NCBI GenBank assembly: GCA_035297925.1
Contig: DATGYM010000411.1
Location: forward strand, 246 to 64,245
Direction: 5' to 3'
Origin: Pyrinomonadaceae bacterium
Lineage (GTDB): Bacteria > Acidobacteriota > Blastocatellia > Pyrinomonadales > Pyrinomonadaceae
Length of the DNA: 64,000 nucleotides
Every line of letters starts with the position of its first letter. Position 1 is the first letter of the stretch. Made by a program: the position numbers and the translations under genes. This document shows positions 18,771 through 28,256 of this stretch, one piece after another. A model generated the notes under the pieces. The model searched no databases. It saw nothing but the letters and a program-made list of their open reading frames with translations, and was not told where the DNA came from.

Positions 18771-18787
18771 CATTGTCAGTGACAATG
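18771..18787. promoter_or_regulatory. 17-nt perfect palindrome CATTGTCA-G-TGACAATG, candidate operator upstream of the LuxR-type regulator
   Basis: Perfect 8-nt arms, 47 nt upstream of the regulator start codon (18724). A function as operator is inferred only. Confidence 0.35.
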
Positions 18788-18971
18788 AAGAGTTTTAATA
18801 GTAAACCATAGAGTTTAATATCGCAACGATCAATCCTCGCTCGCACCCGTCATGCAGACCCTTCCATTGCCGGCCCCGCCTCAGCCGTTGTCCGCCAATC
18901 CCAGCCGGACCCTCGAACAAAAATGAGTTCCACGCACCTTCCGATCTGGTTCCCCCTAAAGCTTCACCTGA

Positions 18972-19670
18972 TTAATTGGGATCAATCCGGAACTTCACTT
19001 GAGCATTCGCAGTGGGATGACTTCTCGTCGTGTGAGCCACGAAGACGATCATATTGAAGCGATCCGCAAGCACGACAGATTCATAGAAGTCCAATTCATT
19101 TGTAGGATCAAAGCGATTACCGATGGACCGAGCTGCGTGATCTGATTTGAACCATGCCTGAACCCGCGCACTAGATCTTAGACGCCTAAGGTCGAGGGCC
19201 AGGGCCGCAAGGCGAGTTTCAGCAAGTACGGATTCAACCGAGCCCGGAGCAGCCTCTCCCACTCTGAAGGCGCGAACCAGCGGATTGCCGTTTGCCGGAA
19301 AGGGTAAACTCGCCGCTTGAAACTCACCACGAGAAAACAGTGTCCCGATAGCAACGTAGTCGACACCGAAACGCTTGCGGAGCATGCTCCCCATGGTGTC
19401 GTAACCTGGTGCGTAAGGCGCCGCACTGACATGGCCATTATGAGCCCAAATGACTACTTTCCCCGCCGCTCCCAACTGTTGCATCACCCAGGCTACGTTA
19501 TCGCCCATAGCCGGATCGCGCGGCTCGTAAGTCCCAGTAGCCAAATCGACCGCAGAACGCGATGCCGGTATTTGCGCTCTCGTAATAAAAATTGGACACA
19601 AGAGAGCCAATCCGACGAACGAGCTGAAGCATTTGGCCCAGAAGCTTCTGTAATTGGGAGGTATTCCCAT
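18972..19670 (-). CDS. Erythromycin-esterase-family protein with only the C-terminal half retained (probable gene remnant)
   Basis: RDPAMGDNVAWVMQQLGAAGKVVIWAHNGHVS...VFVAHTTRSHP matches the C-terminal part of the Ere family. It is preceded only by a hydrophobic leader, FWAKCFSSFVGLALLCPIFITRAQ. The N-terminal catalytic half is absent (232 aa, against the ~400 aa I recall as typical for the family). Confidence 0.6.
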   Translation of the reverse strand: MGIPPNYRSFWAKCFSSFVGLALLCPIFITRAQIPASRSAVDLATGTYEPRDPAMGDNVAWVMQQLGAAGKVVIWAHNGHVSAAPYAPGYDTMGSMLRKRFGVDYVAIGTLFSRGEFQAASLPFPANGNPLVRAFRVGEAAPGSVESVLAETRLAALALDLRRLRSSARVQAWFKSDHAARSIGNRFDPTNELDFYESVVLADRFNMIVFVAHTTRSHPTANAQVKFRIDPN

Positions 19671-19691
19671 TCGATCCTCTTGCCGAAAAGA

Positions 19692-20547
19692 CTACTGAGC
19701 AGACATGCTGCTGACGGAACTCCATGAATCAAAGATCCTTCGTTGCATAGCCGAGGGATTCGGTATCGGTTCGAGATTCCAGGTAGAGCTCGTCCCCGAT
19801 GTGATCTTCAAGTTCAATGTCATTGGCTTGCCACCGCGGAGCACGTAGGCGGTCGCAACCTGGCCGATCCGGTCTCGATACTCTTTGCGAAAGTCGCCAA
19901 CCCAGTCGTCGTTACTCGTAGGAATATTTCCGCTGCCCAGCAACAAATCGCCCACCTCAATGCCAGCGGCTTGTGCCGCGGCTCCGGGAACGATCGTGGT
20001 TACGACATTGCCACTCTCTTGTGTTGCCAGACCGAGGCGGGGAATATCGGTTTTCATTTCCACGAGACGCAGGCCGGCATACGCCAGAACCGCCTCACTG
20101 GATAGCAGTTCTGTTCCGCGCAAGTAACGCCGGAAGAAATCCTGATAATCTCTTCCGCTTACCCGGCTGATGACAGTTTTCAAATCCTCGGTCGTAAAGC
20201 CTTTGCCATGTTTGTAATAATCCCAATACAAGCTTCGCATTACATCGTCCAGCGACCTCGCGTTGTCTGTGTCGTGACGAATCGAGAGATCCAGCAGAAG
20301 GCCAATGATCTGTCCTCCGGTATAGTAGTTAGGCGAGAACCGGTCTTCTCCCCGAAACATGCTGCCCAGCCAGGCATCGACGCTCGACTCTTCCAGGGAA
20401 ACACTGCGGATCTTCAATAACCAACTTGTTTTCAATCCTGGTAATGGCGGGCACGGCGGCAGTTAACAAAAGGCACCAGAGCACGGCTGTCATCATTCGC
20501 GCGATTGACCCGGTCAGACCTCTGTGGTGGCGATAATCTATAATCAT
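19692..20547 (-). pseudogene. M61 glycyl-aminopeptidase remnant: leader plus C-terminal/PDZ part, with the catalytic core deleted and a frameshift
   Basis: The 20547-20329 frame gives the leader MMTAVLWCLLLTAAVPA..IENKLVIEDP. A second frame (20435-19692) gives YYTGGQIIGLLLDLSIRHDTDNARSLDDVMRSLYWDYY plus the PDZ segment IVPGAAAQAAGIEVGDLLL. No HExxH region is present. Confidence 0.65.
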
Positions 20548-20565
20548 GACTCGCTGTGCAAACGA

Positions 20566-21348
20566 TCACTTCTCTCCTGAGATTCCAATTTTCATCTTGT
20601 ATCGGTACCCGGTAGGTGTTTGGTCTTCTTCTTTCAAGACTTCGTGAGTTCGTTTTGAAATCCAGAACCGTTGAACTCCACTACCGCCTGATGAAATATC
20701 AAACTTATGTTCCAGTTTCCAACAATCGATTTTGCTTCCTTCGCTGGCGACGAGAAACTCACTCCCGGTTACCTCATAAGTTGCATTCTGTGTGCTCCCG
20801 AATCCAGGATCGTAAAACTTTACGACAAACGTCCGTCCATCTTTGTAGCGAAACAAGGGGAAGATCACTAAGTCGGAATGCCAGCAGAGATTGTAGTTCG
20901 CAAAAGACTGATTGAAATCTTCGATTATTTTGGATTTTGCCGAATCTTCGATTGGTCCTGTGAACTCTACCTGTTTAGCCGTGAAATCGAATTTTGCGGA
21001 GTAGCCTAATCGCTTCCACCAGGTTTCATGCCATACAGTGGAAAAATCAGCTGCATCATGAAGGGTTTTGGAAGTGTGCACGACTTCATCGGCGCTCTCC
21101 CATTGCTGGGTTATGGAAAAGACATTTCTGCCGCTCACAAGAGTTGATTCAACGCTGATTCTTACCAGTGTGATTCTTTCTGCGGGGCCGGTTGGCGTTT
21201 TCTTGAAATATACAATGTAGGTTGAGTTACCCAACCGCAGATTGCGTAACTCAAGATCTCGTTTTCCAACGGAAACCGTATCAGCTCTTTGCCCTGAGGC
21301 GCTGAGGGGAAGGGCGAGAAAAACCGCCATGATAAGAAATTGTTTCAT
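20566..21348 (-). CDS. Hypothetical secreted beta-rich protein
   Basis: Signal peptide MKQFLIMAVFLALPLSASGQ and a 260-aa ORF immediately downstream of the two-component pair. No family recognised. Confidence 0.6.
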   Translation of the reverse strand: MKQFLIMAVFLALPLSASGQRADTVSVGKRDLELRNLRLGNSTYIVYFKKTPTGPAERITLVRISVESTLVSGRNVFSITQQWESADEVVHTSKTLHDAADFSTVWHETWWKRLGYSAKFDFTAKQVEFTGPIEDSAKSKIIEDFNQSFANYNLCWHSDLVIFPLFRYKDGRTFVVKFYDPGFGSTQNATYEVTGSEFLVASEGSKIDCWKLEHKFDISSGGSGVQRFWISKRTHEVLKEEDQTPTGYRYKMKIGISGEK

Positions 21349-21561
21349 AGGTTCTGGTCCATACATCGAAGGCCACCGCGGGAACTTCCTCACTAAGCAC
21401 CGAGTGCTGGAAATCCTGCACGTGCTGAATTTTTAGCACTGGTACATATATGCGTTGTCAACAGATTTGTGGCTAGAGTTGTGGCTTAGTGCTTCGTCCA
21501 TAAATCGGTGCTGTGGCGGCTCCACAGCTAAGTCTTGGAGTGGTGCACGCATGCTCTTCTT

Positions 21562-22986
21562 TCAGGGCGCCCCGGTATTGCTTCCATTTGCCCGTGGCAG
21601 ATCGACGCGAAAGCGGCTGCCCTTTCCATCGACGCTCTCCACCCGAATATCGCCCCCGTGCGATTTGCAGATGGCCCTGGCTATGGAAAGGCCAAGGCCG
21701 ACGCCGCCATATTTGCGTGTTCGGGCTGCATCGGCGCGGTAAAATCGTTCAAAGATTCGTATGATTGAGTCGGCCTGAATACCCGCACCAGTATCGCAGA
21801 TCTCCAGGACGGCGCGGCCGTTCTCGGTTCCTGCACTTACATTGACGCTGCCACCGGCGGGAGTAAACTTAATCGCATTGTCCAGCAGATTCACTATCAC
21901 CTGCTTCAATCGAGAGGCATCACCTTCGATGTCGACTGGTTGGTTCAGCCTACACGTCAACGCGATATTCTTGTCTTCCGCCAGCAGACGCATCTGGTCC
22001 GCAGTGGAACCGGCCAGGACAGCCAGGTCAAAGTGGCTGTGATCCATTTGCGCCTCGCCGGCATCAAGTCTCGAAACCACCAACAGGCTCTCGGTGATTT
22101 TTGTTAAGCGATCGGTTTCTTCCAGCGCAGTGCTGATCGTGTCCCGTACATCCTCGGCAGTGTCGGGCCGGTGAGCTATCAGTTCAAGCTCGCCGCGCAA
22201 AATCGTTAGCGGCGTCCGCAACTCATGTGAAGCGTCAGCGGAGAACCTATTAAGGTAGTGAAATGCTTTCTCGAGACGTTCGATCATCCCATTGAGCGAC
22301 GAGGATAGTCGTTCGACTTCGTCACCCGACTTCGGTGTCGGCAAACGCTCGCTCAGGTTTCGTGAGCTGATGCGCTCCGCTTTGCTCGTGATCTCACCGA
22401 TGGGTTTGAGTGCGCGCCTTGTCAGCGTATAACCGCCGGCAATTGCCACGCTCAAACAGAGTGGCAAGGCCAGGGCGAAAACCAGCAGCAACTGATTCAG
22501 CGTTTCCCGAATGTGCCTGTCCGATGTTCCAATTTCCATAAGTAGCGGGCTGCCATCAAGACCCGCAACACGGAAGGTAGAGATCACCAGACTGCCGCCT
22601 CCGGCCAAGGGCTCCGCCCGATCGACCCGCAGCGAGTTAACCGGTTTCGGAAATGGCACTCGCCGGGGATCAAAGCTCTGGTCTTTTGTGGGCCCGGATA
22701 CGTACAGGACCTTTTCATCAGGCCGCGAGATTCGCAGGAAGCCGTTGTCGGATTCAAGAGCATAGTGGGCCTTGATCTCAGCAATCTGCCCTGCTCCGTC
22801 GTCCACAATATTTCCCAAAAGGGGCCCGATCTCAATTGCGCGTCGCGTAAGCGATTCTCTCAGCCCCGAAGCGAGATACCGTTCCAGCCCAACGTAGGTC
22901 GACACGCTGAAGGTCACGAGCAATAGTGCCAACAAACCTGCGTACCATACGGTAAGACGGAAGCGAATCGATCTCAGCTTCATCAT
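21562..22986 (-). CDS. Sensor histidine kinase (2 TM, HAMP, HisKA, HATPase_c; BaeS/CusS-like)
   Basis: H-box FSADASHELRTPLT, N-box VIVNLLDNAIKFTP, G-boxes DTGAGI and GVGLGLSIA. Its start overlaps the response regulator stop in ATGA. Confidence 0.9.
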   Translation of the reverse strand: MMKLRSIRFRLTVWYAGLLALLLVTFSVSTYVGLERYLASGLRESLTRRAIEIGPLLGNIVDDGAGQIAEIKAHYALESDNGFLRISRPDEKVLYVSGPTKDQSFDPRRVPFPKPVNSLRVDRAEPLAGGGSLVISTFRVAGLDGSPLLMEIGTSDRHIRETLNQLLLVFALALPLCLSVAIAGGYTLTRRALKPIGEITSKAERISSRNLSERLPTPKSGDEVERLSSSLNGMIERLEKAFHYLNRFSADASHELRTPLTILRGELELIAHRPDTAEDVRDTISTALEETDRLTKITESLLVVSRLDAGEAQMDHSHFDLAVLAGSTADQMRLLAEDKNIALTCRLNQPVDIEGDASRLKQVIVNLLDNAIKFTPAGGSVNVSAGTENGRAVLEICDTGAGIQADSIIRIFERFYRADAARTRKYGGVGLGLSIARAICKSHGGDIRVESVDGKGSRFRVDLPRANGSNTGAP

Positions 22987-23663
22987 TCCGGCTCCCGCGT
23001 GCTGATGCTGTAACCCACACCGCGCCTGGTCCGGATCAATTTCTGTTCGTGAGCCTCATCCACCTTGGTCCGAAGATGTCGAACGTATACGTCAACGATG
23101 TTAGTTACTCCGTCGAAACTTTGGTCCCAAACGTGCTCAATAATCATTGTCCGCGAGAGCACGCGCCCGGCATTCGACATGAGATATTCCAGCAGCGCGT
23201 ATTCCTTCATTGTCAGCTCAATCCGGCGGCCAGCCCGCTTGACCTGTTGAGTCAGGCGATCGAGTTCAAGATTGTCGATGCGTAGCATGCTGGCGCGGGT
23301 AACTGGCCCACGCCGCAGCAGGGCCTTTATTCTCACCAGCAATTCGGCAAAAGCGAACGGCTTCGTGAGATAGTCGTCGGCGCCAACTTCAAAGACCTCA
23401 ACCTTGCCTGCAATTCCATCCAACGCGGTAAGAATCAGGATTGGAACTTGTCCGTTAATCTTTCTAAGCCGGCGGAGCACTTCCGTGCCCGACAGTTGCG
23501 GCAGCATCAGATCCAACACGATTAGATCATAATGGTAGGCGCTCGCCATTTCGAGACCGCTCGCGCCATCGCAGGCGACATCGACCGCGAATGCAGCCGA
23601 TGCAAGTCCGCGCTCAACCATTCGCGCTACTCTCTCTTCATCCTCAACTACCAGAATGCGCAT
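22983..23663 (-). CDS. OmpR/PhoB-family response regulator
   Basis: MRILVVEDEERV...DLIVLDLMLP receiver domain and a winged-helix C-terminus, LTMKEYALLEYLMSNAGRVLSRTMIIEHVWD...IRTRRGVGY. Confidence 0.92.
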   Translation of the reverse strand: MRILVVEDEERVARMVERGLASAAFAVDVACDGASGLEMASAYHYDLIVLDLMLPQLSGTEVLRRLRKINGQVPILILTALDGIAGKVEVFEVGADDYLTKPFAFAELLVRIKALLRRGPVTRASMLRIDNLELDRLTQQVKRAGRRIELTMKEYALLEYLMSNAGRVLSRTMIIEHVWDQSFDGVTNIVDVYVRHLRTKVDEAHEQKLIRTRRGVGYSISTREPE

Positions 23664-24169
23664 GATGCCGTTCCACAGTAAGACTATTGGGAAACGATTA
23701 AGATTCGATGAATGAAAAATGAAAATCTATTAATGTTTCGCTGGTCGCGGGACGAGCATAGCTACTCAATCGTTTTATATACACTTGGAAAGGAAGCCGC
23801 GAAGAAGAATTCGGCGAACGCGCCAATTAAGCGTGTCAATGAGCGCCCCTACTCGACAGCATACCTGAATTTACTCATTTCCGACTGAGAGCACCGCAGT
23901 CGCAGACTTGTTAGGTGACCCGCCTGCCAAAGATAAGAGTAACATTAACGATTTTTTACCTTCGCTTAATCACGCCTTAATGTCCGATCGCTAAGAGCGA
24001 GCGGCTAACTGAAACGTGATCAGGAATGTGCGATGGTTCACCGTTCCATGGCCACGCAGTGCCTGCTTAGCCCCCATCAAGGCTGCAATTAATTGTGCGC
24101 TTCAAATTCCAGTCTCGCCCGCGGCATTGCAAGCGCTGGAAATCAGGTTTGTCAACAGGGGATGGTTTT

Positions 24170-25168
24170 ATGTTGCACTTGAGAATTGTTTTCGTCAGCT
24201 TGATGATCCCGGCCGTTTCACCTAATTGCCTTAGCGGACAGAAACCGAAGGCGCAAACTTCCGCGCCACAGCCGGCACCAATCGACGCAGTGCCAGGGAT
24301 TGTTAAGGCTTTCAAGCTGCATCCCATCGTGATTATCGGAGAGCGCCACTGGCTAAGACAGGCTGGGGACTTCTATATCAAATTGGTCCAGGATCCCTCC
24401 TTTTATGCAACTGTCCGTAACATAGTTGTCGAATTTGCGAGCCGGCAGAATCAACCCCTGCTGGACAACTATGTTGCGGGTGAGAGTGTTCCCATCGAGC
24501 AACTGCGGACCATCTGGCGGGACACGACCAAGGTTGGCTCATGGGAATCTCCGATCTACGCGGAATGGCTGGCCGCGATTCGCGAGGTCAACCGGAAACT
24601 GCCGGCTGATTACCGGCTGCGCGTGCTGGCCGGAGACACGTCTGTCGATTGGAATCGGATTCAAACGCACGCCGACTGGATCGCGCTGGGGGACAATAAT
24701 ATTTCCATTGCCGAAGTCATCCGCAATCAAGTTCTGAAAAAGAATCAGCGTGCACTGGTGGTCCTGGGAAGTAATCACATCATCAAGTCCGGCGATCGCA
24801 ATGGAGGCCCCAACGTGACAACGCGACTTGAAGCAGAGTATCGGGGCTCAACATATGTTGTGCTTACGTTGAATGCTCGCACGTTCGATCCGTTCATCGA
24901 AGCCCAGCTGGATTTACCAAAGCCCGAAGGAGCCACACTTTATGGTCTTGAGGGCACCGCAGCGGCTGGTCTCCGCGATCAGATGGGCACACCGCTGATC
25001 GCGAGAGCCGACGCGCTGCTATACCTGGTGGCGCGGGGGAAATTTACTGAACTGTCGTACCCACCAACGAGTTTCGAACCGGCATATGTGAGAGAGTTGG
25101 ATCGTCGTTCCATGATCGAGTGGGGGGAATTGCGAATTCGCAAGGTATTGGGATTGCCCCCACAGTAG
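24170..25168 (+). CDS. Secreted protein, weakly ChaN/Tiki/erythromycin-esterase-superfamily-like
   Basis: Signal peptide MLHLRIVFVSLMIPAVSP; IVIIGERHWLRQAGDF and LVVLGSNHI recall the ChaN-like GExH...H pattern. The assignment is tentative. Confidence 0.45.
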   Translation: MLHLRIVFVSLMIPAVSPNCLSGQKPKAQTSAPQPAPIDAVPGIVKAFKLHPIVIIGERHWLRQAGDFYIKLVQDPSFYATVRNIVVEFASRQNQPLLDNYVAGESVPIEQLRTIWRDTTKVGSWESPIYAEWLAAIREVNRKLPADYRLRVLAGDTSVDWNRIQTHADWIALGDNNISIAEVIRNQVLKKNQRALVVLGSNHIIKSGDRNGGPNVTTRLEAEYRGSTYVVLTLNARTFDPFIEAQLDLPKPEGATLYGLEGTAAAGLRDQMGTPLIARADALLYLVARGKFTELSYPPTSFEPAYVRELDRRSMIEWGELRIRKVLGLPPQ

Positions 25169-25184
25169 ACCCGGGAGATCTCCT

Positions 25185-26498
25185 ATGAGGAGCGTTATCC
25201 TTTCATTGCTTGTAGCGGCAATCTTCGCCATGCACTCGCCCTACCCGGAGGAAACACTGTGGCGCGATGCGGCGAGTCCACGGATTGAAGCTGTCAGGCA
25301 GCAAGCCCAGAGTGGGGAGAAAAAGGCGGTTGCAAGATTCTGGAACGAAATCAAAGTTTGCGGCACGCCTTTGATCGAACAGATTCCGGATGATCAGCAG
25401 CATGTCCTGGTTACATTTCTCTATCGAGCCGAAACGCCCGTGAAGGGCGTGGTGCTGATGGCCCAACTGTATGTTCACGACGATCGCGACGACTCGCTTA
25501 GAGTCCTGGTCCATCTGCCTGATACCGATATCTGGTACAAGACGTATTGGATTCGCAGCGACATGCGTTTTACCTATAGCCTGGTACCGAATCCTACAGC
25601 GCAGTCCTTTGCCTACAACTCCGAACTGCAATTAAAAGATTCACTTAACCCGAAATACGTTGCACCCGGCACGAATGTTGGCAAGTCTGTTGTGGAGCTT
25701 CCAGCAGCCGTAAAGCAACCTTGGATTCTTCCCAACCCCGCCGTGCCCAAAGGAAAACTCGAAGAGGTTGAGATTGAAAGCAAAGTTTTGGGTAGTCAGC
25801 GACGGTTCTGGATTTACACGCCGGCCGGATACGATCCGAAAAGAGTAGCATCGTACCCGATGCTCGTTTGCTTTGACGGGTGGGTTTACAGCAGACCTGA
25901 GTTCGTGCCGACGCCCACAATTCTCGACAACCTGATCGCGGCAGAGAGGATCCCGCCGATGCTCGCGATCTTTATTGATCAGGCCCCGCAGCCGCAACGC
26001 AATATCGAGCTGACCAATAACCGGATGTTTCTCGACTTTGTGGTGGAAGACTTGTTGCGCCAGGTGCGTCAGAGATGGCGCGCTACATCAAATCCTGCCG
26101 CGACGATAGTCTGTGGTTCGAGCACTGGCGGTCTGGCCAGTGCATTTTTCGCGTTCAGTCGACCTGATATTTTCGGAAACGTACTTTCACAGTCCGGCGC
26201 CTTTTGGCCGGGAAAGGAGCACAGCGACCCCGACCACGAATGGTTAACGCGTCAGTTCCAATCGTCACCCAAACTGGCGATTCGCTTTGTGCTCCAGGTT
26301 GGCGCTCTTGAAACAGGAGGGCCCACGCCACTAAACGGTCCCAGCATCCTGAAAACAAACCGCCATCTGCGAGACGTTTTGCGCGCGAAAGGTTACGAGG
26401 TTCAGTACGAAGAGATCGCAGGCGGACACGAATCCATTAGTTGGCGGGGAGGAATAGCGGAAGGACTGATCCAACTACTCAACAGGCGGCGGTGGTAG
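25185..26498 (+). CDS. Enterochelin-esterase-like (Fes/IroE-type) alpha/beta hydrolase with an N-terminal Ig-like domain
   Basis: N-domain VLVTFLYRAE..VVLM...WYKTYWIRSDMRFTYSL, then RRFWIYTPAGYDPKRVASYPMLVCFDG and the nucleophile elbow VCGSSTGGLASAF. Confidence 0.75.
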   Translation: MRSVILSLLVAAIFAMHSPYPEETLWRDAASPRIEAVRQQAQSGEKKAVARFWNEIKVCGTPLIEQIPDDQQHVLVTFLYRAETPVKGVVLMAQLYVHDDRDDSLRVLVHLPDTDIWYKTYWIRSDMRFTYSLVPNPTAQSFAYNSELQLKDSLNPKYVAPGTNVGKSVVELPAAVKQPWILPNPAVPKGKLEEVEIESKVLGSQRRFWIYTPAGYDPKRVASYPMLVCFDGWVYSRPEFVPTPTILDNLIAAERIPPMLAIFIDQAPQPQRNIELTNNRMFLDFVVEDLLRQVRQRWRATSNPAATIVCGSSTGGLASAFFAFSRPDIFGNVLSQSGAFWPGKEHSDPDHEWLTRQFQSSPKLAIRFVLQVGALETGGPTPLNGPSILKTNRHLRDVLRAKGYEVQYEEIAGGHESISWRGGIAEGLIQLLNRRRW

Positions 26499-27029
26499 CG
26501 GTTCTTATGCGGGCTGGCCGTCGCGTTCAGGAATGAGAGAGAGCCTCGTCGCGAAAGATAACGGGTCACAAAGCGGTCGTGTTCTTGGATTAGTTACATC
26601 CGGACGACAAAGAACTTAATGCTGAGTTTGCCAACTACCAGACATACGCAGCATGAGAGACCATCACCGCAAAGCGCAGCGGTCAACTAAGACCCGGTGG
26701 CGTTGGAGCGTCCCCCGTGGATTGTCTGGTACTCAGAGCAGAGCCGAACACGAAAAACAGTTTGGGGAGCGATTTTGAGCAATCAAGTCGCTCCCGAAGG
26801 CTTTCAGAACAGTGTTTTATGGATCTTGACGCGACCATCTGCTATCACACACCGCAGACGTTCGCTCCTATCTGGCAGGCTCATAGAACATACGTTTTAT
26901 GCACTACTTTTTTCTTAAAATGCCGATTTTTCGCGGTTGCGAGAAGCAAACTGCTGCTGGCTGGCACGACCGTTGAACAATGCAGAATAGAGAGCCGTTT
27001 CCGTACTTGAATACGTACTCATAAACAAA

Positions 27030-27056
27030 AGCACTTCGACAAGTGATCGAAGTGCT
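27030..27056 (-). terminator. Rho-independent terminator of tRNA-Asn (10-bp perfect stem)
   Basis: AGCACTTCGA-caagtga-TCGAAGTGCT; on the minus strand it is followed by TTTTGTTT. Confidence 0.7.
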
Positions 27057-27075
27057 CTGTTTTCTTAAGAGTTTT

Positions 27076-27150
<75 letters not shown>

Positions 27151-27418
27151 ATAAGCGCGCCCTCACATAGTCTGAGATCAGCTGCGGACGCGAAGAAATT
27201 TTTATAACAGATGGCACATGGAGCGTCAAGGCAGCCTTTTCTGCTCACTTTGCTAACGTGAGCTGTTGAAATGCGGCGCCACCGAAACAGCTTGCTTTAC
27301 GAGTGGCGACGCGTGTGGCTGCGACGCTTGCGCTCAACCGTGAACTGAGACAATATCTCGCACTGCAAAAACCAAAAATTATCTCTAACCGGCGCCAGGC
27401 AGCTGAGGAAGGTCATTT

Positions 27419-28156
27419 ATGGAACGGCGAACAACGCACTGGTTCAGTCAAAATCTGAGCAGCGAAATGCCTTTGGTGGCTTATGGCCATGCGGGCCAGC
27501 CCCTGCTGATGTTTCCCACTGCGGCCGCTGACTATCTTGAGTATGAGCGTTTTCATCTGGTGGACGCCATAAGTCCGCAAATCGAGAGCGGCAAGATTCG
27601 TGCTTACTCCATAAACAGCGTTAACAAGTACAGTCTGCTAAACGAGCAGATGCCGCCGCACCTGAAAGCTGAGTTGTTGGCGCGTTATGATCGTTACGTG
27701 ACCGATGAAGTTTTGCCGTTGATACGTAACGATGCGGGCGGCGGAGATGTGCGCCCCTTAACGACCGGAGCCAGCCTTGGCGCTTACCTGGCAGCCAACG
27801 CTTATTTCAAGCATCCGGATTTGTTTCGTGGTGTGATTGCCATGAGCGGCGGTTACGACGTGCGTTCTTATTTGGATGGGTACTACGACGACAACGTCTA
27901 CTTCAATAACCCTACAGATTATCTTCCAAACTTAAATGACGATTACCATCTTCCGTTACTGCGCCGGGCGGACGCGATTTACATTCTCTCGGGCCAGGGA
28001 AACTATGAAGCGCCCGAGCGCAGCCGGGAACTGTCCGACATGCTGAAGGCAAAAAATATCCCGCACAACCTGGATCTCTGGGGCGCCGACGTCGACCACG
28101 ACTGGCCCTGGTGGCGCAAGATGCTCCCGTACACCTTGAATAGGATCCTGGCGTGA
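27419..28156 (+). CDS. Esterase family protein (putative-esterase/esterase-D-like alpha/beta hydrolase)
   Basis: PLVAYGHAGQPLLMFP, the GASLGAYLAANA nucleophile elbow, VIAMSGGYD. GAGGAAGG lies upstream of the ATG. Confidence 0.7.
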   Translation: MERRTTHWFSQNLSSEMPLVAYGHAGQPLLMFPTAAADYLEYERFHLVDAISPQIESGKIRAYSINSVNKYSLLNEQMPPHLKAELLARYDRYVTDEVLPLIRNDAGGGDVRPLTTGASLGAYLAANAYFKHPDLFRGVIAMSGGYDVRSYLDGYYDDNVYFNNPTDYLPNLNDDYHLPLLRRADAIYILSGQGNYEAPERSRELSDMLKAKNIPHNLDLWGADVDHDWPWWRKMLPYTLNRILA

Positions 28157-28163
28157 AAAAGAT

Positions 28164-28225
28164 GAAAGGGGAATGGGAAAGGGAAACCTCGCTAAAAGTT
28201 TTACCCTTTACCCATTCCCCTTTTC
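28164..28225. terminator. Long purine-rich palindrome between convergent genes, a probable bidirectional terminator or REP-like element
   Basis: GAAAGGGGAATGGGAAAGGG (28164-28183) pairs with CCCTTTACCCATTCCCCTTTTC (28204-28225) with one mismatch and a 20-nt loop. Confidence 0.6.
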
Positions 28226-28256
28226 ACCTTTTGCCCTGGTCCAAAGAGTAGCTGTA

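Noticed and set aside
26499-27030. Degraded integrase or transposase next to tRNA-Asn
   Set aside because: Hand translation of several frames gave only short ORFs with no recombinase motifs. This cannot be excluded without a translated database search.
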